The notes: a model not told the origin generated them from the letters alone. A stretch of 64,000 bases of DNA from Massalongia carnosa (GCA_965645245.1 OZ287084.1:1364001-1428000); one strand, 5' to 3'; positions 50,136 through 62,298 are shown, counted from the stretch's first letter. Numbers and translations: made by a program.

Positions 50136-51617
50136 CTACTCAAACCTCCACTCAATGATAGCCATGCAGCAGCCTATTGGCCGCTTGAGTCCTACGTATT
50201 TAAAACGCGGCTGTGCGGCTGTGATAATCCGATCGTAGTTAGCCACAGTTCGCTCGCGAGCTCCCATGAAAATCATCATTTGTATGTCTCGTCGTCTGAG
50301 TTTCGTAGGTATAAACGTCAGTATTTGAGCTGGTCCAAAGAGCCATGACGGGATATGAGATAGAGTAGCGGATTTTACTTACTTAAATAGCCTTTCCTCA
50401 AATTCGCTCATATTGCTGTCATCGGGGCTAATTGTTTCGTTGATAAGCAAGCGCGCCCCTGGTCGCAAAGCCGGATGAAGTGCGGCGATGATTTTTATGC
50501 AATCATCGTCTGACCAGTTGTGAAGAATGTAGCGAAGGAAGTATGCGTCAGCTACGGTAGGCTGAGGCTGGAAAAAATCGTGTTCTTGGAATTCGATTCG
50601 CGAATTTAGATCTGTGGGCAATTGATCTTTGGACACTTTAATCGTTTTTGGAAGATCTTGAACGATGAAGCTGATTGCTGGAAAAGCAGTAGCTACGATC
50701 TGGCTGACATGACCGCTGGAACCGCCAAGCTGCATGAGAGCCAGAGGTGAGCCTAACTCAAATACGTTCGCCATAGAGAAGAATAGCGGGGTTGTCTCAC
50801 ATCAACGACTAGTTTTCCTTCAAGCTGCTGCCAATCATAACTTGTTAGAGCGTTCTGAGCAGATGAACGCCTTTCCGCAAATTCAGAGGCCATATAATTG
50901 CTAAAAAGCTTCGAAGCTTCCTTGTTGCTGTTGTGATATTCATAAAATGTTTCGTTCGTTGAGTATGCAACGTTGAAAGCAGATTTGTGAGGGCTATCGC
51001 AGACTGAGAACTTCTGTAACGCATCGTACAGTCTGGGGCCTGTGAGTGCTGGCAGATTGACATCCCAATGGATTGTGTTTGCAAACGGACCATGTGCGAG
51101 AACGGCTGAAGCTGCAGTATGTCCCACGAAGCTTGAGTCGATAATCTGAAAAATACCAGCACTGGTGCAATATGATACAAGTCGATGAAGCATATCAAGA
51201 TCAAGCCCAGTCTTTTCCGCTAAATGCTCAAAAGAGATTTCTCCCGTAAGAGGAACGGCTTTCGCAACGTTATAGTTGACTATAACTCGCATCGCACCCG
51301 AGTTGACAGGCTGCATTGAAGAAATCAGAGTTCAAAGTACTCGTAGAAGATAGCCTGCAATTGATACTCACGGCGCCACTGGTGAGGTCTTTAATGACTT
51401 CGATGGGACCGCATAACAATCGATTCATGTTATTCAGCGCATCTATCATTTCAAATCTCAGTGTCTGAATAGTATCATAGTGCTGTCCAAACACTACAAA
51501 ATCGGGCGGTGCGTCGGCCTTCCAGGATGGCATAGGCACCCCGCTCTCGATCATGATGTGCTCAAGCTGTTCACTCCTTGACTTCAAATCATTAGCTAAT
51601 GCAAGTAGGGAAGTCAT
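50136..51617 (-). CDS. SAM-dependent O-methyltransferase of the fungal secondary-metabolite type (OmtA-like, Methyltransf_2); exons 51617-51372, 51310-50801, 50729-50383, 50295-50136
   Basis: Spliced VVDLGGSSGH SAM motif, IVQDL, HDFF.PQP, YFLRYILHNWSD (catalytic His), RRDIQMM...ARERT; N-terminal winged-helix dimerisation region. Confidence 0.92.
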
Positions 51618-52625
51618 TGTCTAAAACCAATGAAATGTAGGTAGAAAAATAGAATTGTGTTCTTAATGATGAAGTCGGCGAGGTGACTTGTAGAAGCGGA
51701 CGTACGAAGGAATAAAATTGAGCTTTTAGGTAAACCTTGAATGAATCTAACTCAATTTTTCGTAAAAGGAAAAACACAGCAGCTTGCTGGGGACTCGTAA
51801 GGTTGTTACCGTGACGATCGGCATTCACCGTGTAAGCGGGAGGGGATCGGACGCTAGCAGCAGGGAAATGAAGACTCGGAACAACGCAGGACGCCGACCC
51901 ATCGCGGCAAGGACCTAATGAGATATGCCCGAATCATGAAGTCTGGACCTCGGCACGGGGAAGATATAAAGTACAAGGTCTGTTTTAGTCATTTGATTCA
52001 TTTTTACATAATCGGTCGCTGAAATAAATGAAACATGTCTTGATCTCAAGATTCGCAGTTACTCATCGAGTCACGTGCTTGGAGGACATGACGACCGAGC
52101 GTCGATAGAAACGTATGATGAAGACAAAACTTTCAGCAGGGCGGCTGGAGGTACGAAAACGAGGCATTCGAATCCTTTAATGTCAAATCTAACCATAGAC
52201 CTTCGGTGAATAAGAGTAAAGTTGTCCCACATCTTATTGCGTATCTTGCTAGATAGATTACTGTCCAACCGGTAGCTACCTGGTAAGTCGACCTGCATGG
52301 ATTACTTGTTTCTGTCCAAGCGTGATCTTATATGCAGAATCGACCTAAACATTAAGAGACGAACCCGAAACATTTTTGAGGTTTGATACGTCTGCACCTA
52401 ACACACCGCTACTTTGAATGATGAATCAAGAGAGCAAGTGGCAATGCAGACTTTATATGATAGAATGCCGAATATGGAGGACGTAATAGCTTATGATACA
52501 TATTTGAATATGAGTTATGACCTCGGGCCCGGTCAAGCACTCTTAGGTCTTATCATTGACAATATTTTGTCGTCGAGAATCCGGGTGATCGCACATTGAT
52601 CATGATTGACATTAAATAGTCGAAG

Positions 52626-54267
52626 ATGCATAAAACAATTGTTGTGGGAGCTGGCCCGGTCGGTATCATTGCCGCCATATATGCGGCCGCACGTGGTGAC
52701 CAGGTAGAGGTATACGAGAAACGAAAAGGTTCGTTGCCGATGATGAAGATTCTGGAAAAAATACATCATGGTAAAAGGTTTTGGCTGATCAATATCCAGA
52801 CCCTCGTTCCAACCCGGAGACGGCGTTAGGTGCACTTGAATCAGTAAACTTAACCCTTTCCGAGAGAGGTATCAAAGCATTGGAGAAAACCGACCGTCCA
52901 GCATTGGTCAAGAACATAGTACAAGAGACATGTGCACTGCAAGGCCGTGTGCTCCATCTGCATGACGACAAGCATCGAACTTGGACGCACTCAGTTCGTT
53001 ATGATGCAGAAGACAAGGTAACTCTTTAAATTCTTAAAGCTTCTGTAACTTAGTGTTGGGTTAATTTCTAAGATTAGACTCTGTTGGCTATTGATCGCAT
53101 GCGACTTGTCACAATTCTACTTGATGAAGTAGACAAGATCAGTAACATTTGTGTGTACTTTGAACATTGTCTCGAGCGCGTGGATCTTTTGAACAACACC
53201 GTATCTGTTTGTCGATCGAAAACGTTGAAACCTCGGCCATCGGATGTATCAGGAAAAACACCAATGAAAAACAATATGGCATACCAGATCGACTTCGATT
53301 TTTTACTGGGTACGGACGGGATCAATTCTTCAACAAGATCCTTTATGATGAGATCTGTGGATCTAAACTTCCAGCAGGAGTACTCGGATACACTCTGGTG
53401 CGGTTTCCATGTCGAATCCCTGGAAAAGAATCAAGCGAATTGGGTTCTGGATCCTACACACATACATATATGGCCTGGTGGTACTAGTATGTTGACTGCG
53501 ATTCCGAGCATTGTGGGTTTTTTCACTGTAGATATCACGGCCCAATAGATTAACCCTAAACCTAATAGAACGGATCGTATACCTTCACCTTGTTCGGCTC
53601 AGTAGCAATCTTCGCTGACCTTTCGTCGTCTCCAAGTTCCAAGATCCCGGATTTTTTTGAAAAGACCTTTCCTGGCGTGATGGGAACACTGATCCCTCAA
53701 GAATCTCTGATATTCCAATATCAAAAGCACGTCAAAAGTCGGCTTAGGACCGTTAAATGCTCCCCATACCACCATAGAGCAAATTGTGCGCTGGCTGGCG
53801 ATGCAGCCCATGCCATGGTCCCGTTTTACGGCCAAGGCACCAACGCCGGGTTTGAGGATATCACAACACTATACCTACACCTCGATGCTGAGATGCAACG
53901 AGTCGGCGGGTATCGAGTCATCGATAAAGAGCAAAGGGTACAGGCCTATACTATCGCGCTCCAGGAATATTCGGACAAACGGGCCGCTGATGGAGCGGCG
54001 ATTTGCGACATGGCAGTTGAGCATTACAAGGAGCTTAACCCGAGCGCAGTGACTTTGCTCGGCCGCGCGAGGAGAGGAATGGATAACATGCTCATGAAGC
54101 TGCTGTCTCGCCGGGTATGGATCGCGGAGTACCCGCGCGTGGCATTCTCGACCGATCGGTACAGTGACATCGCGGCTAGAATCAGAAAACAGTATCAAAT
54201 TATAATGATTTTAGAGTGCATGATAATTGCGATATTATTGCTGGTATTGCGATATTTCAAAATTTAA
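52626..54267 (+). CDS. Kynurenine 3-monooxygenase-like FAD-dependent monooxygenase (introns 52729-52799, 53018-53077, 53513-53568)
   Basis: [96 protein letters not shown] and a hydrophobic C-terminus: KMO/Bna4 family signatures. Confidence 0.9.
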
Positions 54268-54791
54268 ATCATATATAAATCAGCTCAAATTAAAAAAAAT
54301 TTTCTGATATTTTTCCTTGTAATAAAAAAATCAATTGAACTTAAACATTTGATGATGATGTATTCATACTCCGATATGTCACCGGCCGTAGGCCGGCCCA
54401 TGCAGGCAAAGCTATCTAAGTTATGTTACACGGAAAAACTTTTTCAGGTGTAAAAACCATATCCCTTGATACCTGACACCGGGTCGACGTCGGACAGGAG
54501 ACACAAAGCGAAAATATTATGAGAACTGTAACGCCTTGTGAGATGAAAAGGAAAAGAGAAGTGAAATTACTGTTAATTGTACAATAGTGTAGCTGCCAGT
54601 GAGAATTGAGTCAGTAGACCTGTTTTCATTAGTCAAGCAGTTAATATCTTTAGAGTTTTTGATGTTTCAATTAGCTGTTGATAGTTGTTCGTGTCAGCGG
54701 CGCGAAACATCTATTCTCTATTGTCAATAAGTCTACAGATCATGATTACGTGTTCTGGAGTTTGTCTGTGTCAGTCACATGGACAGGCCGG

Positions 54792-54955
54792 TGTAGAAGT
54801 ATGAGGTTATTCGTTTTATTATATTCATGATTCTATGACTCTCTACTTCTAAGGTCTAAAATCATCCAAGTCCAGGATGCGTGCCGCTTACCGGAATAGG
54901 TCTACTGTTATACGTGACCATAATAATGTCTAGCGCCATAGGTTGGTATCCAACA
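54792..54955. mobile_element. Solo LTR (164 bp) with 5-bp TSD GCCGG
   Basis: TGTAGAAG...TCCAACA flanked by GCCGG at 54787-54791 and 54956-54960; removing it restores LINE TSPACPC. Confidence 0.85.
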
Positions 54956-55506
54956 GCCGGTGAGGTGACGGCGGAGACCCGTCGCTGATAGAGAAAGTCA
55001 GCGAGATCGATCTTACCGATGCGGATTTGTGTTGTCAGGGCGCTTTCTGCCTTTTTAGCAGCTTGTATATTTTCAGTCGTTTTTTGCTTAGTGAGACTGA
55101 TTGCGCTATGGAGAGTTCGGTGACGCGATTTTGATATGCGCTCCACGAGTCGTTCCAGACTTTCAGCTGTCGTGCTTTAATTGTCTGCATTTATTTTGAC
55201 GAGCCAACGCTGCTACGGAGACTTCGCGAAGATGCGCTGAAGGGGGATCGGATCATGATGAGTGTGCTTTGAGTGGTTGAACGATTTTTGCGTCGATCAG
55301 TAGGTTTTTGGCTTAGGTGTGCTTCAGCTTTCCCGGAGTGGATTTTTGAAGGCGTTTGCGATCTGCCTTGCCTCGGAATTTGTTAACTATTTTGCTGCAT
55401 GCGAAAGAAATGACCTTCGATTGACCTCCGGCTCGGAGTCGATCTATATATGTCTCTGCTTCAAGAACTGAAATGAAAGTGACTTTAAAGGCATCGATTA
55501 TGATGC

Positions 55507-55884
55507 TGTGAAAGGATGAACTGGGTGGTGTGCGTGGTCCACTACTGTAGGAGTGCAAGAGAACAAACGAACAAGAGAAGAACAGAACAATAGAATATAA
55601 ACAATAGCTAGACTGATCACTGTATGCCTCGCACCTCGTGCCTCGTGCCTCGTGCCTCGTGCCTCGTGCCTCGTGCCTCGTGCCTCGTGCCTGTGAACTG
55701 TATGTGTTAAAGCTATGTGTTGTAGCTATTGCTACGAGCATGCTTGCTCTATGTCTAAAAGGAAAAGAACTATCTTTAACTAAAAGAGAGACTGTCACCT
55801 GACTTCCCCGCTACCTTTACCGGAAAAGAACCAACTCCCGAACCGCTAGCAATTTGAATTTAGAGTATCACCGCTCCACCTACA
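55507..55884. mobile_element. Solo-LTR-like insert (378 bp) with TSD ATGC and an internal (CCTCGTG)n heptamer array
   Basis: TGTGAAAGG...CACCTACA flanked by ATGC at 55503-55506 and 55885-55888; removing it restores LINE QNNCLRIIIDAF; heptamer repeat at about 55627-55692. Confidence 0.7.
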
Positions 55885-56043
55885 ATGCGAAGGCAGTTGT
55901 TTTGCATAACGAAGAGCTTACTCGTTGACGTTTTTGACTTTTTTGGCCATGTGTAATACGGTTGATTCGTATGGCATGACCGGACGCACTACGGCGCTGT
56001 AAACTTGCCTTGCTTTGATGAAAGTGATATCCCAGGTCGATGT

Positions 56044-56299
56044 TGTCACGATTCTACTCGGCACGACCTCGGCACTCGGATAAATTCGGCACCAAACCGT
56101 AGATGGAACGCGCAGTAACTTTTTCGATTTTGTTCCTGCAGTCACGAGAAGATTCTATCACGACTATACCACATGGATACTAGCGCAGTAGAGGATATAT
56201 AGGGACAGGTTCGGGATGTCGATTGTCTTTTTCTTTTTCTTCTTTATCTTTATTGTATTCGTTTCTAGCATCCCTATGACTTGTCTCTAGATCATAACA
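56044..56299. mobile_element. Solo LTR (256 bp) with 5-bp TSD GATGT
   Basis: TGTCACGA...TCATAACA flanked by GATGT at 56039-56043 and 56300-56304; removing it restores LINE KISTSTWD. Confidence 0.87.
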
Positions 56300-57297
56300 G
56301 ATGTGGAGATTTTTGTCAATGTCATGAATTGTTTAATCATTTTCTTTTGAGTTTTGCAAACGTGTGCGATCCTTATTTTAATTTGATGTCAATTTGTAAG
56401 CCTAAGACTCTAATATTCGTTTTAGGTTCAATTTGGGTGCTTGCATTGTTGATAAATGCAGTTATATTGAATCTTTTGGAATTTCTGAACCAGTAAATGA
56501 GTTCGTACTTCGTCGGAGCGAATAAGTTATCGTGGTGTGAACATGAGACGTGGAGGTTCATTGAACAGGTCAATCTACGGCTGCCCTAGATGGACTTGAT
56601 GATCGTTGTGGTTAGACTGCGAGCTTACCGAGTTTGGTTTAGTGTCCCTTTTCAGGAGTTAAAGGAAAGCAGTTACTGTTTTCCTCCTTGTGTTTGTTTC
56701 GTCAGATTATCATGTAGTATAGTCGATAGCGAAACACTGTTCCACCACATGGATAGGATCATTGGCCTCCTACCGTGACATTACAAACACCCTCCCATAC
56801 TCCAGTGTGGTTCTTGTTCCCTATTAGCAATCATGTCCTCAGCTTCTCCAGCTCTCGACACTCCAGGATCTACCTCTCAGCCCCTTCGAGTCCCGATACT
56901 CGGAGGAGCCTCACAGCAATAGCAGCCTCTTAGGAAGGATGGGCCTAGTCGGCCTCGGCTTATCCGAGAGAGTGGTATCGTTACACGCATCGTCTCATCA
57001 GTTTTGCTTCCGGAGCCGTGGAAGCTATTGAGGAGAAGAATCGACAATACAATTTCCTCGAAACGGAACTCAACAACCTTCGCGCCCAGCTGCAGGCCTC
57101 CAATGACGAGCTCATAGCCGCTCGTGGGATGATATCTGTCTTTCGTCAGCAGAGTCAAGAATATCAGAAATACTAGCAACAGAGAACCCCGTTCTGAAAA
57201 GCTTCCCGACATTCAGAAATTCTCGGGAAACAAGGATGAGCTTCGATCATGAACGACTCAACTGCATCTCAAACTCTTTGTCAATGCCGATCGGTTC

Positions 57298-58053
57298 ATG
57301 GGTCCCAAGTCCGGCCTCATCTACGCTATTAGTCGACTCGAGGGACTCGCCCTTTCACAAGTACAACCATACGTCAGATCGGAACAAGAAATTCTTCTGG
57401 ATGATGTGGCCGCCTTGTTAAAAATGTTGGAGAGAGCTTTTGGGGATCCCGACAAGAAGGCCACTGCACAACGAGAGCTTCGGTCCCTTCGACAGAAGAA
57501 TCGGGAGTTTCACGTGTACTTGTCGGACTTTCAGCGACTGATCCCGGACACTAACTTCGATTCTGAGGCTCAGCGCTCGGCTCTGTTGAATGGTGTCAGC
57601 GACGAACTAAAGCAGCTAATGGTAACCCAGGAGTTACCCAGCGATTTGGACGGGTTAATTACCCTGTTGCAGAGACTCGACACCCGACAACGCAACGTCA
57701 ATGCTTCGCTTCGTAAGCCTTTCTCGTCTCGTTCCTCTTCGCCTGCTACTGTTGGAGCCTTGCCCCGTAATCCGCAGTCCGGAGGAGTGACCCTACCCCG
57801 CGCCGCGTCCCCCGTCCCCTTGTCTTCATCCTCCGCACCCGACCCCATGGATCTCTCGACTACTAGTCGTGGTAAGTTGCCCTCAGCGGAGGTCACTCGC
57901 CAGATGACGGAAGGTCTGTGTCGGTATTGTGGGGAGTCGGGACATTTTGCGTTAAATTGTCCCAGGTTAACAAAGGGCCCGAGTAGGCCCAAGAATTCAC
58001 GTCTTAACGAGACCTCTTTTGCTTCTCCGGAAAATGCGGAGTCTTCGGGATAA
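57298..58053 (+). pseudogene. Gypsy gag (intact C-terminal part; the 5' part from about 56833 is interrupted)
   Basis: Retrotrans_gag-like LERAFGDPD...LRSLRQ; CCHC knuckle CRYCGESGHFALNC. Confidence 0.85.
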
Positions 58054-58167
58054 GTCGCGTAGATTGACCGGTTCAATGAACCTCCACGTCTCATGTTCAC
58101 ACCACGACAGTAGCTCCCCCCTTCGAGGCCTGAGACCACGCAGGCTATAGTGCCTAGTCGGTGTGAA

Positions 58168-60373
58168 TCAGCGAGGCTTGTCAGAGTAGCGTTTATGGAA
58201 TTCCTGTACTCGTTCGAGAGCGTTGGTGACGTACTCCGCGTACTCCCAGGTAGGGTCGTTCCAGCCTATCCACTGGACCAGATACTTCAGACGATTGCGT
58301 ATCTTCTTCGAGTCTAAAATCTCTTCGACTTCGTATTCTTCAGTTTCATCAACTAGCACGGGTGGTGGAGGGGGAGCGATATGACCAGGGTGAGGATCTT
58401 GTGGCACAGGAGTCAAGAGCGAAACATGGAACACTCGATGGATCTTCATGCCTGGTGGCAGGGCCAGCTGGTATGCGTATTTGCTGACGACCTTGGAGAT
58501 GACGAATGGGCCCAGATTCTTCCAATCGAACTTTCGGGCAGGTCTCTGAGTGCGTATGTTCTTAGCATTTAGCCATATCCTATCTCCTACTTGCTAAACC
58601 GGGGCAGGGACTCTGTGTCTATTAGCATCGAACTCGTACCTTGCCTAAGCAAACTTCATCTCTTCCTGCAGTACGTCATTGATTTGCTGCATCTTGTTGG
58701 CAAAACCTTCTGCATTCAAACTGGCGGGCGACCGGGAGAATTCTATTGATTCAAATCCCATTCGAGGATGAAATCCCGTCTCCGCGAAGAAGGGGCTACA
58801 CCCAGTGGTTTCCGAGGTCATGTTGTTTCCCGTGAATTCTGCCAGCGGTAACCAGTCTACCCAGTCGTCCTGCAAGTAGTCGGTATACATACGGATGTAC
58901 TGCTCCATTGAAGAATTTACTCTTTCAGTCTGCCCGTCGGTTTCGGGGTGAAATGCAGTGGACAAGAGACTCTTTATTCCCAGACGTTGACATAAGATTT
59001 TCCAAAATTCTGCGACGAAAAGCACTCCACGATCGGATACAATGGTCTGAGGCAATCCATGTAGCCTCCAAATCTCCTTTAGAAACAGCCTCGCGAGGCC
59101 CTCAACGTCTAGAGTAGTATGACAAGGCAGGAAGTGACGTCGCTTTGACAGACGATGCACAACAACTAGTACAGCGTCGAATCCTTGACTAACAGGGAGA
59201 CCAGTAACAAAGTCCATGGAGATGTCCTGCCAGCGTTGCTCAGGTACGGGTAATGGTCGAAGCACTCCCAGCTTTCCTTGACGAGAAGACTTGCTTCGAG
59301 AGCACACCTGACAATGTTTCACATACTTCGCTATGAACTGATAGAACTGAGGCCAATAGTAATGTCGCTGAACTAGATCGAAGGTTTTTGCTCTCCCTGG
59401 ATGTCCGGCTACGGGACTGTCGTGCATTTCTCTGCAAAGTCTCATTCTCAGTGCATGCGAGTCTGGAACATACATCTTTTCTCGATAGTGTAGTCGTCCC
59501 TGAATTTCTTTGCATTCTGCCAAAGAGATTTCCTTAGAATGACTGATCTTATTTCGCAGGAGTTCGAGAATCTTGCTCGGAAAAGGATCATTCTCTAGAC
59601 CCTCTTTCCAGAGTTCTTCCAGAGTCTTTTCGACTTCTTCTCGCTCGGTTTGACGATCGTCCGCTTGACTAGGAATGTTTAAATCATTGCTCAGAAGTTC
59701 TAAATTTCGAGGTTTCAAGACCACTTGATGCTGAATTTTCAATCGTGGATCATCCTCTCCTTCAGATAGGTCTTGAGACCTTCTGGTCAATGCATCAGGT
59801 TTTCCTCCGCTTTTGCCTGGACGATACACTATCTTGAAGTCGAAACGAGAAAGATATTGGGCCTGGCGACGACTCAACTGCTTGGTTGTCATGAAGTACT
59901 CTAAGTTCTTATGATCAGAAATTACTTGTATGGGAAAAGCAGCTCCTTCAAGCTCGGCTCTCCATTCTTCAAAGCACGAACAATGGCCATGAGTTCCTTG
60001 TCGTAGATTTCGTAGTTAATCTCCGCTGGTGAGTGTTTTTTGGAGAAGAAGGCCACCGGCCTAAGCGTTCCCTCGTCGTCATATTGCGAAAGTACTCCTC
60101 CTACTACCCAGTCCGAAGCGTCGACTTCCACTATTATTTTCTTTTCAGGATCGAAATGCATTAATACTGTATCGCTAAGAAAGGCGTCCTTCAAGGCTTG
60201 AAAGGCCTTCTCGCATTTTTCATCCCAGGCAAAGACTGTATTCTTTTTGGTTAACTTGATCAGGGGCGAGGCTATTTCGGAAAACCCTCGAACAAAACGG
60301 CGGTAGAAGTTCGCAAACCCCACAAAAGCTTGTATATCTCGAACTTTCTTTGGTGAAAGCCATTCCTTAATTG
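58168..60373 (-). pseudogene. Gypsy pol remnant: RT thumb/RNase H, integrase and chromodomain
   Basis: GFANFYRRF, EVDASD, NYEIYDKELMAIV, HDSPVAGHPG..C..C, ISMDFVTGLP, IVSDRG, FHPETDGQTER, HRVFHVSLL, EYEVEEILD..YLVQW.GW; frameshift near 59.95 kb and stops near 58.6 kb. Confidence 0.9.
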
Positions 60374-60690
60374 CTGCGAGCTTACCGAGTTTGGTTTAGT
60401 GTCCCTTTTCAGGAGTTAAAGGAAAGCAGTTACTGTTTTCCTCCTTGTGTTTATTTCGTCAGATTATAATGTAGTATAGTCGATAGCGAAACACTGTTCC
60501 ACCACATGGATAGGATCATTGGACTCCTACCGTGACATAAGGATTTGTGTCGAAAAGCTCACTTTTCGCATTGTCTGTGTATTGACTTTAGAGTCTTGCA
60601 ATTCTCTTCGAAGCTTTTTCCGTATGTCAAAATATTTAAACTGTTTACAAATCCTACGACACTTGTGTTTGTGCCTGCCTGATCGCTCAC

Positions 60691-60858
60691 TGTAACGGTT
60701 CGACCAAGCGTGGTGCGGACGGCAGGACCTACAGCGAACATAGCAGGAGACCCAGTTATAGTAGAATAGATTGTTCTGCGGACTAAGTATTGTGCCTTTT
60801 GGTCGGGAGGACAGGTGGCGCAATGGTAGAAATCTATTCACTATCTCGCTTCGTCACA
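60691..60858. mobile_element. Solo LTR (168 bp) with 5-bp TSD CTCAC
   Basis: TGTAACGG...TCGTCACA flanked by CTCAC at 60686-60690 and 60859-60863. Confidence 0.87.
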
Positions 60859-60866
60859 CTCACATA

Positions 60867-62298
60867 ACGTAATTCACCGCAATTCGGAACACCCGCTTAT
60901 TCGGAACTAACAAATTTGATACCAACCTTCGTAATTTTTTAGCACCGCCGCATCCACAAAATTTCTAGCACGTATACTCGGGAATTGATCAACAGGTTCT
61001 AGTGAATATATATAGCTAGGCATAAGCTTGTAGAGCTACATTTTACGAGTGTTACAGATGACACGACCGCGCGAGCTAACCCGAACCTCTAAAACTTCCT
61101 ACTTCTCCCCCTTTCCTACCATTTCCACATCACCTTGTACCAACCTAGTGATATATTTCTTTCTTGCTATACCTTTTCCTTTATTTTGAGCAGTTTTTTT
61201 AAACCCTAGGTCACCCTCAACTGTCTCCTTAAAAATATAAGGTGTAATCTGAATAAGATCGTGAAAGCGGTTTGAAAGAAAGAATCGTCTCGTTTCTTAT
61301 TTTTAAGTAAAGATCAAGATGTTACAAGATCAGGCACGTATATTAGGTCGGGTTCAAATCGCATTAGGTCTTTAGATACCTGAAAAAATAGTCGATCGTT
61401 CTGTTTTTTCTTTCCTTACCTGTGATCTAACCTCTTTCTCCTTTTTCTTATTTTCAGCTGGTTGTCTTCTTTTCTCCACATCTTCTAAACTCAATACGCA
61501 ATCCCCTTGAAAATCATATTGAGTGCCCGTACGTTGAGCTCGTTGTGTTTTTTCGTGTATTGGCTGCTAAAAGCTCCGTATTAGTACGATTCAAGACAAT
61601 ACGATCAGTCATAGCAAGCCCAGCTGCTTTAACGGTTTTTTGTAGAAGAGTAAGCTTAGAGGAATCAAGATTCTGATGGCGAAATAGTATATAAACTCCT
61701 CAACCTTTGAGACTTGTTCTATGTTTCCTGATATTGGTGATATTTGGCCTGAAAGATAACGCGTTTGAATAAGAGTACTAGCGCTAGGTAGAGTGTCATC
61801 GTCCGTATAAGGCTTAGCTGATATTTTGTCAAATGGCGGAGTCTAGTAGCTCTAGTTAACCTAGCTCTGAAGAGATCCATCCTCCTCGGGCGTTAACCTC
61901 TGCATTGAAGTAACGTACGATACCTGGTCCTGGCGACCGTTTATCCTGTAATACAATGTTGTTTTCGGTAGCGCATGAAGTTAAGCAGCTTGCGTAATAG
62001 ACAACGACCCTTCTGCCTTCTCGTAAACCTTAATTGCCTATTTTAAACGTTCTCTAACCTCGTCTTTCAAGGTAGTACGCAATCCCGATTTTGTAACTCG
62101 AAACTGCCGAGAAGAAGCCATTTCAGCGGTGTAATTTATCGATAATCAGCTATTATGATAATTATAATACCCTTTACCTTATTAAATCAGTTTTAGGGTT
62201 TTCTTCAATAAGTTGTAGAAGAGATAACGGTTGAAAGTAAGTTTCGTGGTTTTGTTAGTTCCGAATAAGCGGGTGTTCCGAATACAGGTGAATTACGT
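60867..62298 (-). mobile_element. Fot1/pogo (Tc1-mariner superfamily) DNA transposon, internally deleted and non-autonomous
   Basis: 48-bp TIRs ACGTAATTCACC...TTCGGAACTAACAAA (60867-60914 and 62251-62298, 3 mismatches), TA on both sides. The minus-strand transposase starts at 62121 with an HTH_psq-like SITQAA*LHALPKTTLYYRINGR...QRLTPEED; there are stop codons and no DDE core is visible. Confidence 0.9.

Larger units (their letters stand above)
56528..60537 (+). mobile_element. Ty3/gypsy chromovirus, internally deleted, with an inverted pol segment
   Basis: 5' LTR 56528-56780; gag on + (about 56833-58053; LRQ motif, DPMDL, CRYCGESGHFALNC zinc knuckle); RNase H, integrase and chromodomain on - (60373-58168); 3' LTR remainder 60374-60537; TSD TAAGT/TAAGG. 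Confidence 0.9.

Noticed and set aside
51819..51830. CGG-N6-CCG Zn2Cys6-type site in the OMT/KMO divergent promoter
   Set aside because: Single short match expected by chance; I did not find it repeated in the MFS promoter, and no Zn2Cys6 gene is in the window.
52626..54267. Naming the monooxygenase BNA4
   Set aside because: The family is clear, but motif deviations and gene context suggest a paralogue; orthology needs a phylogeny.
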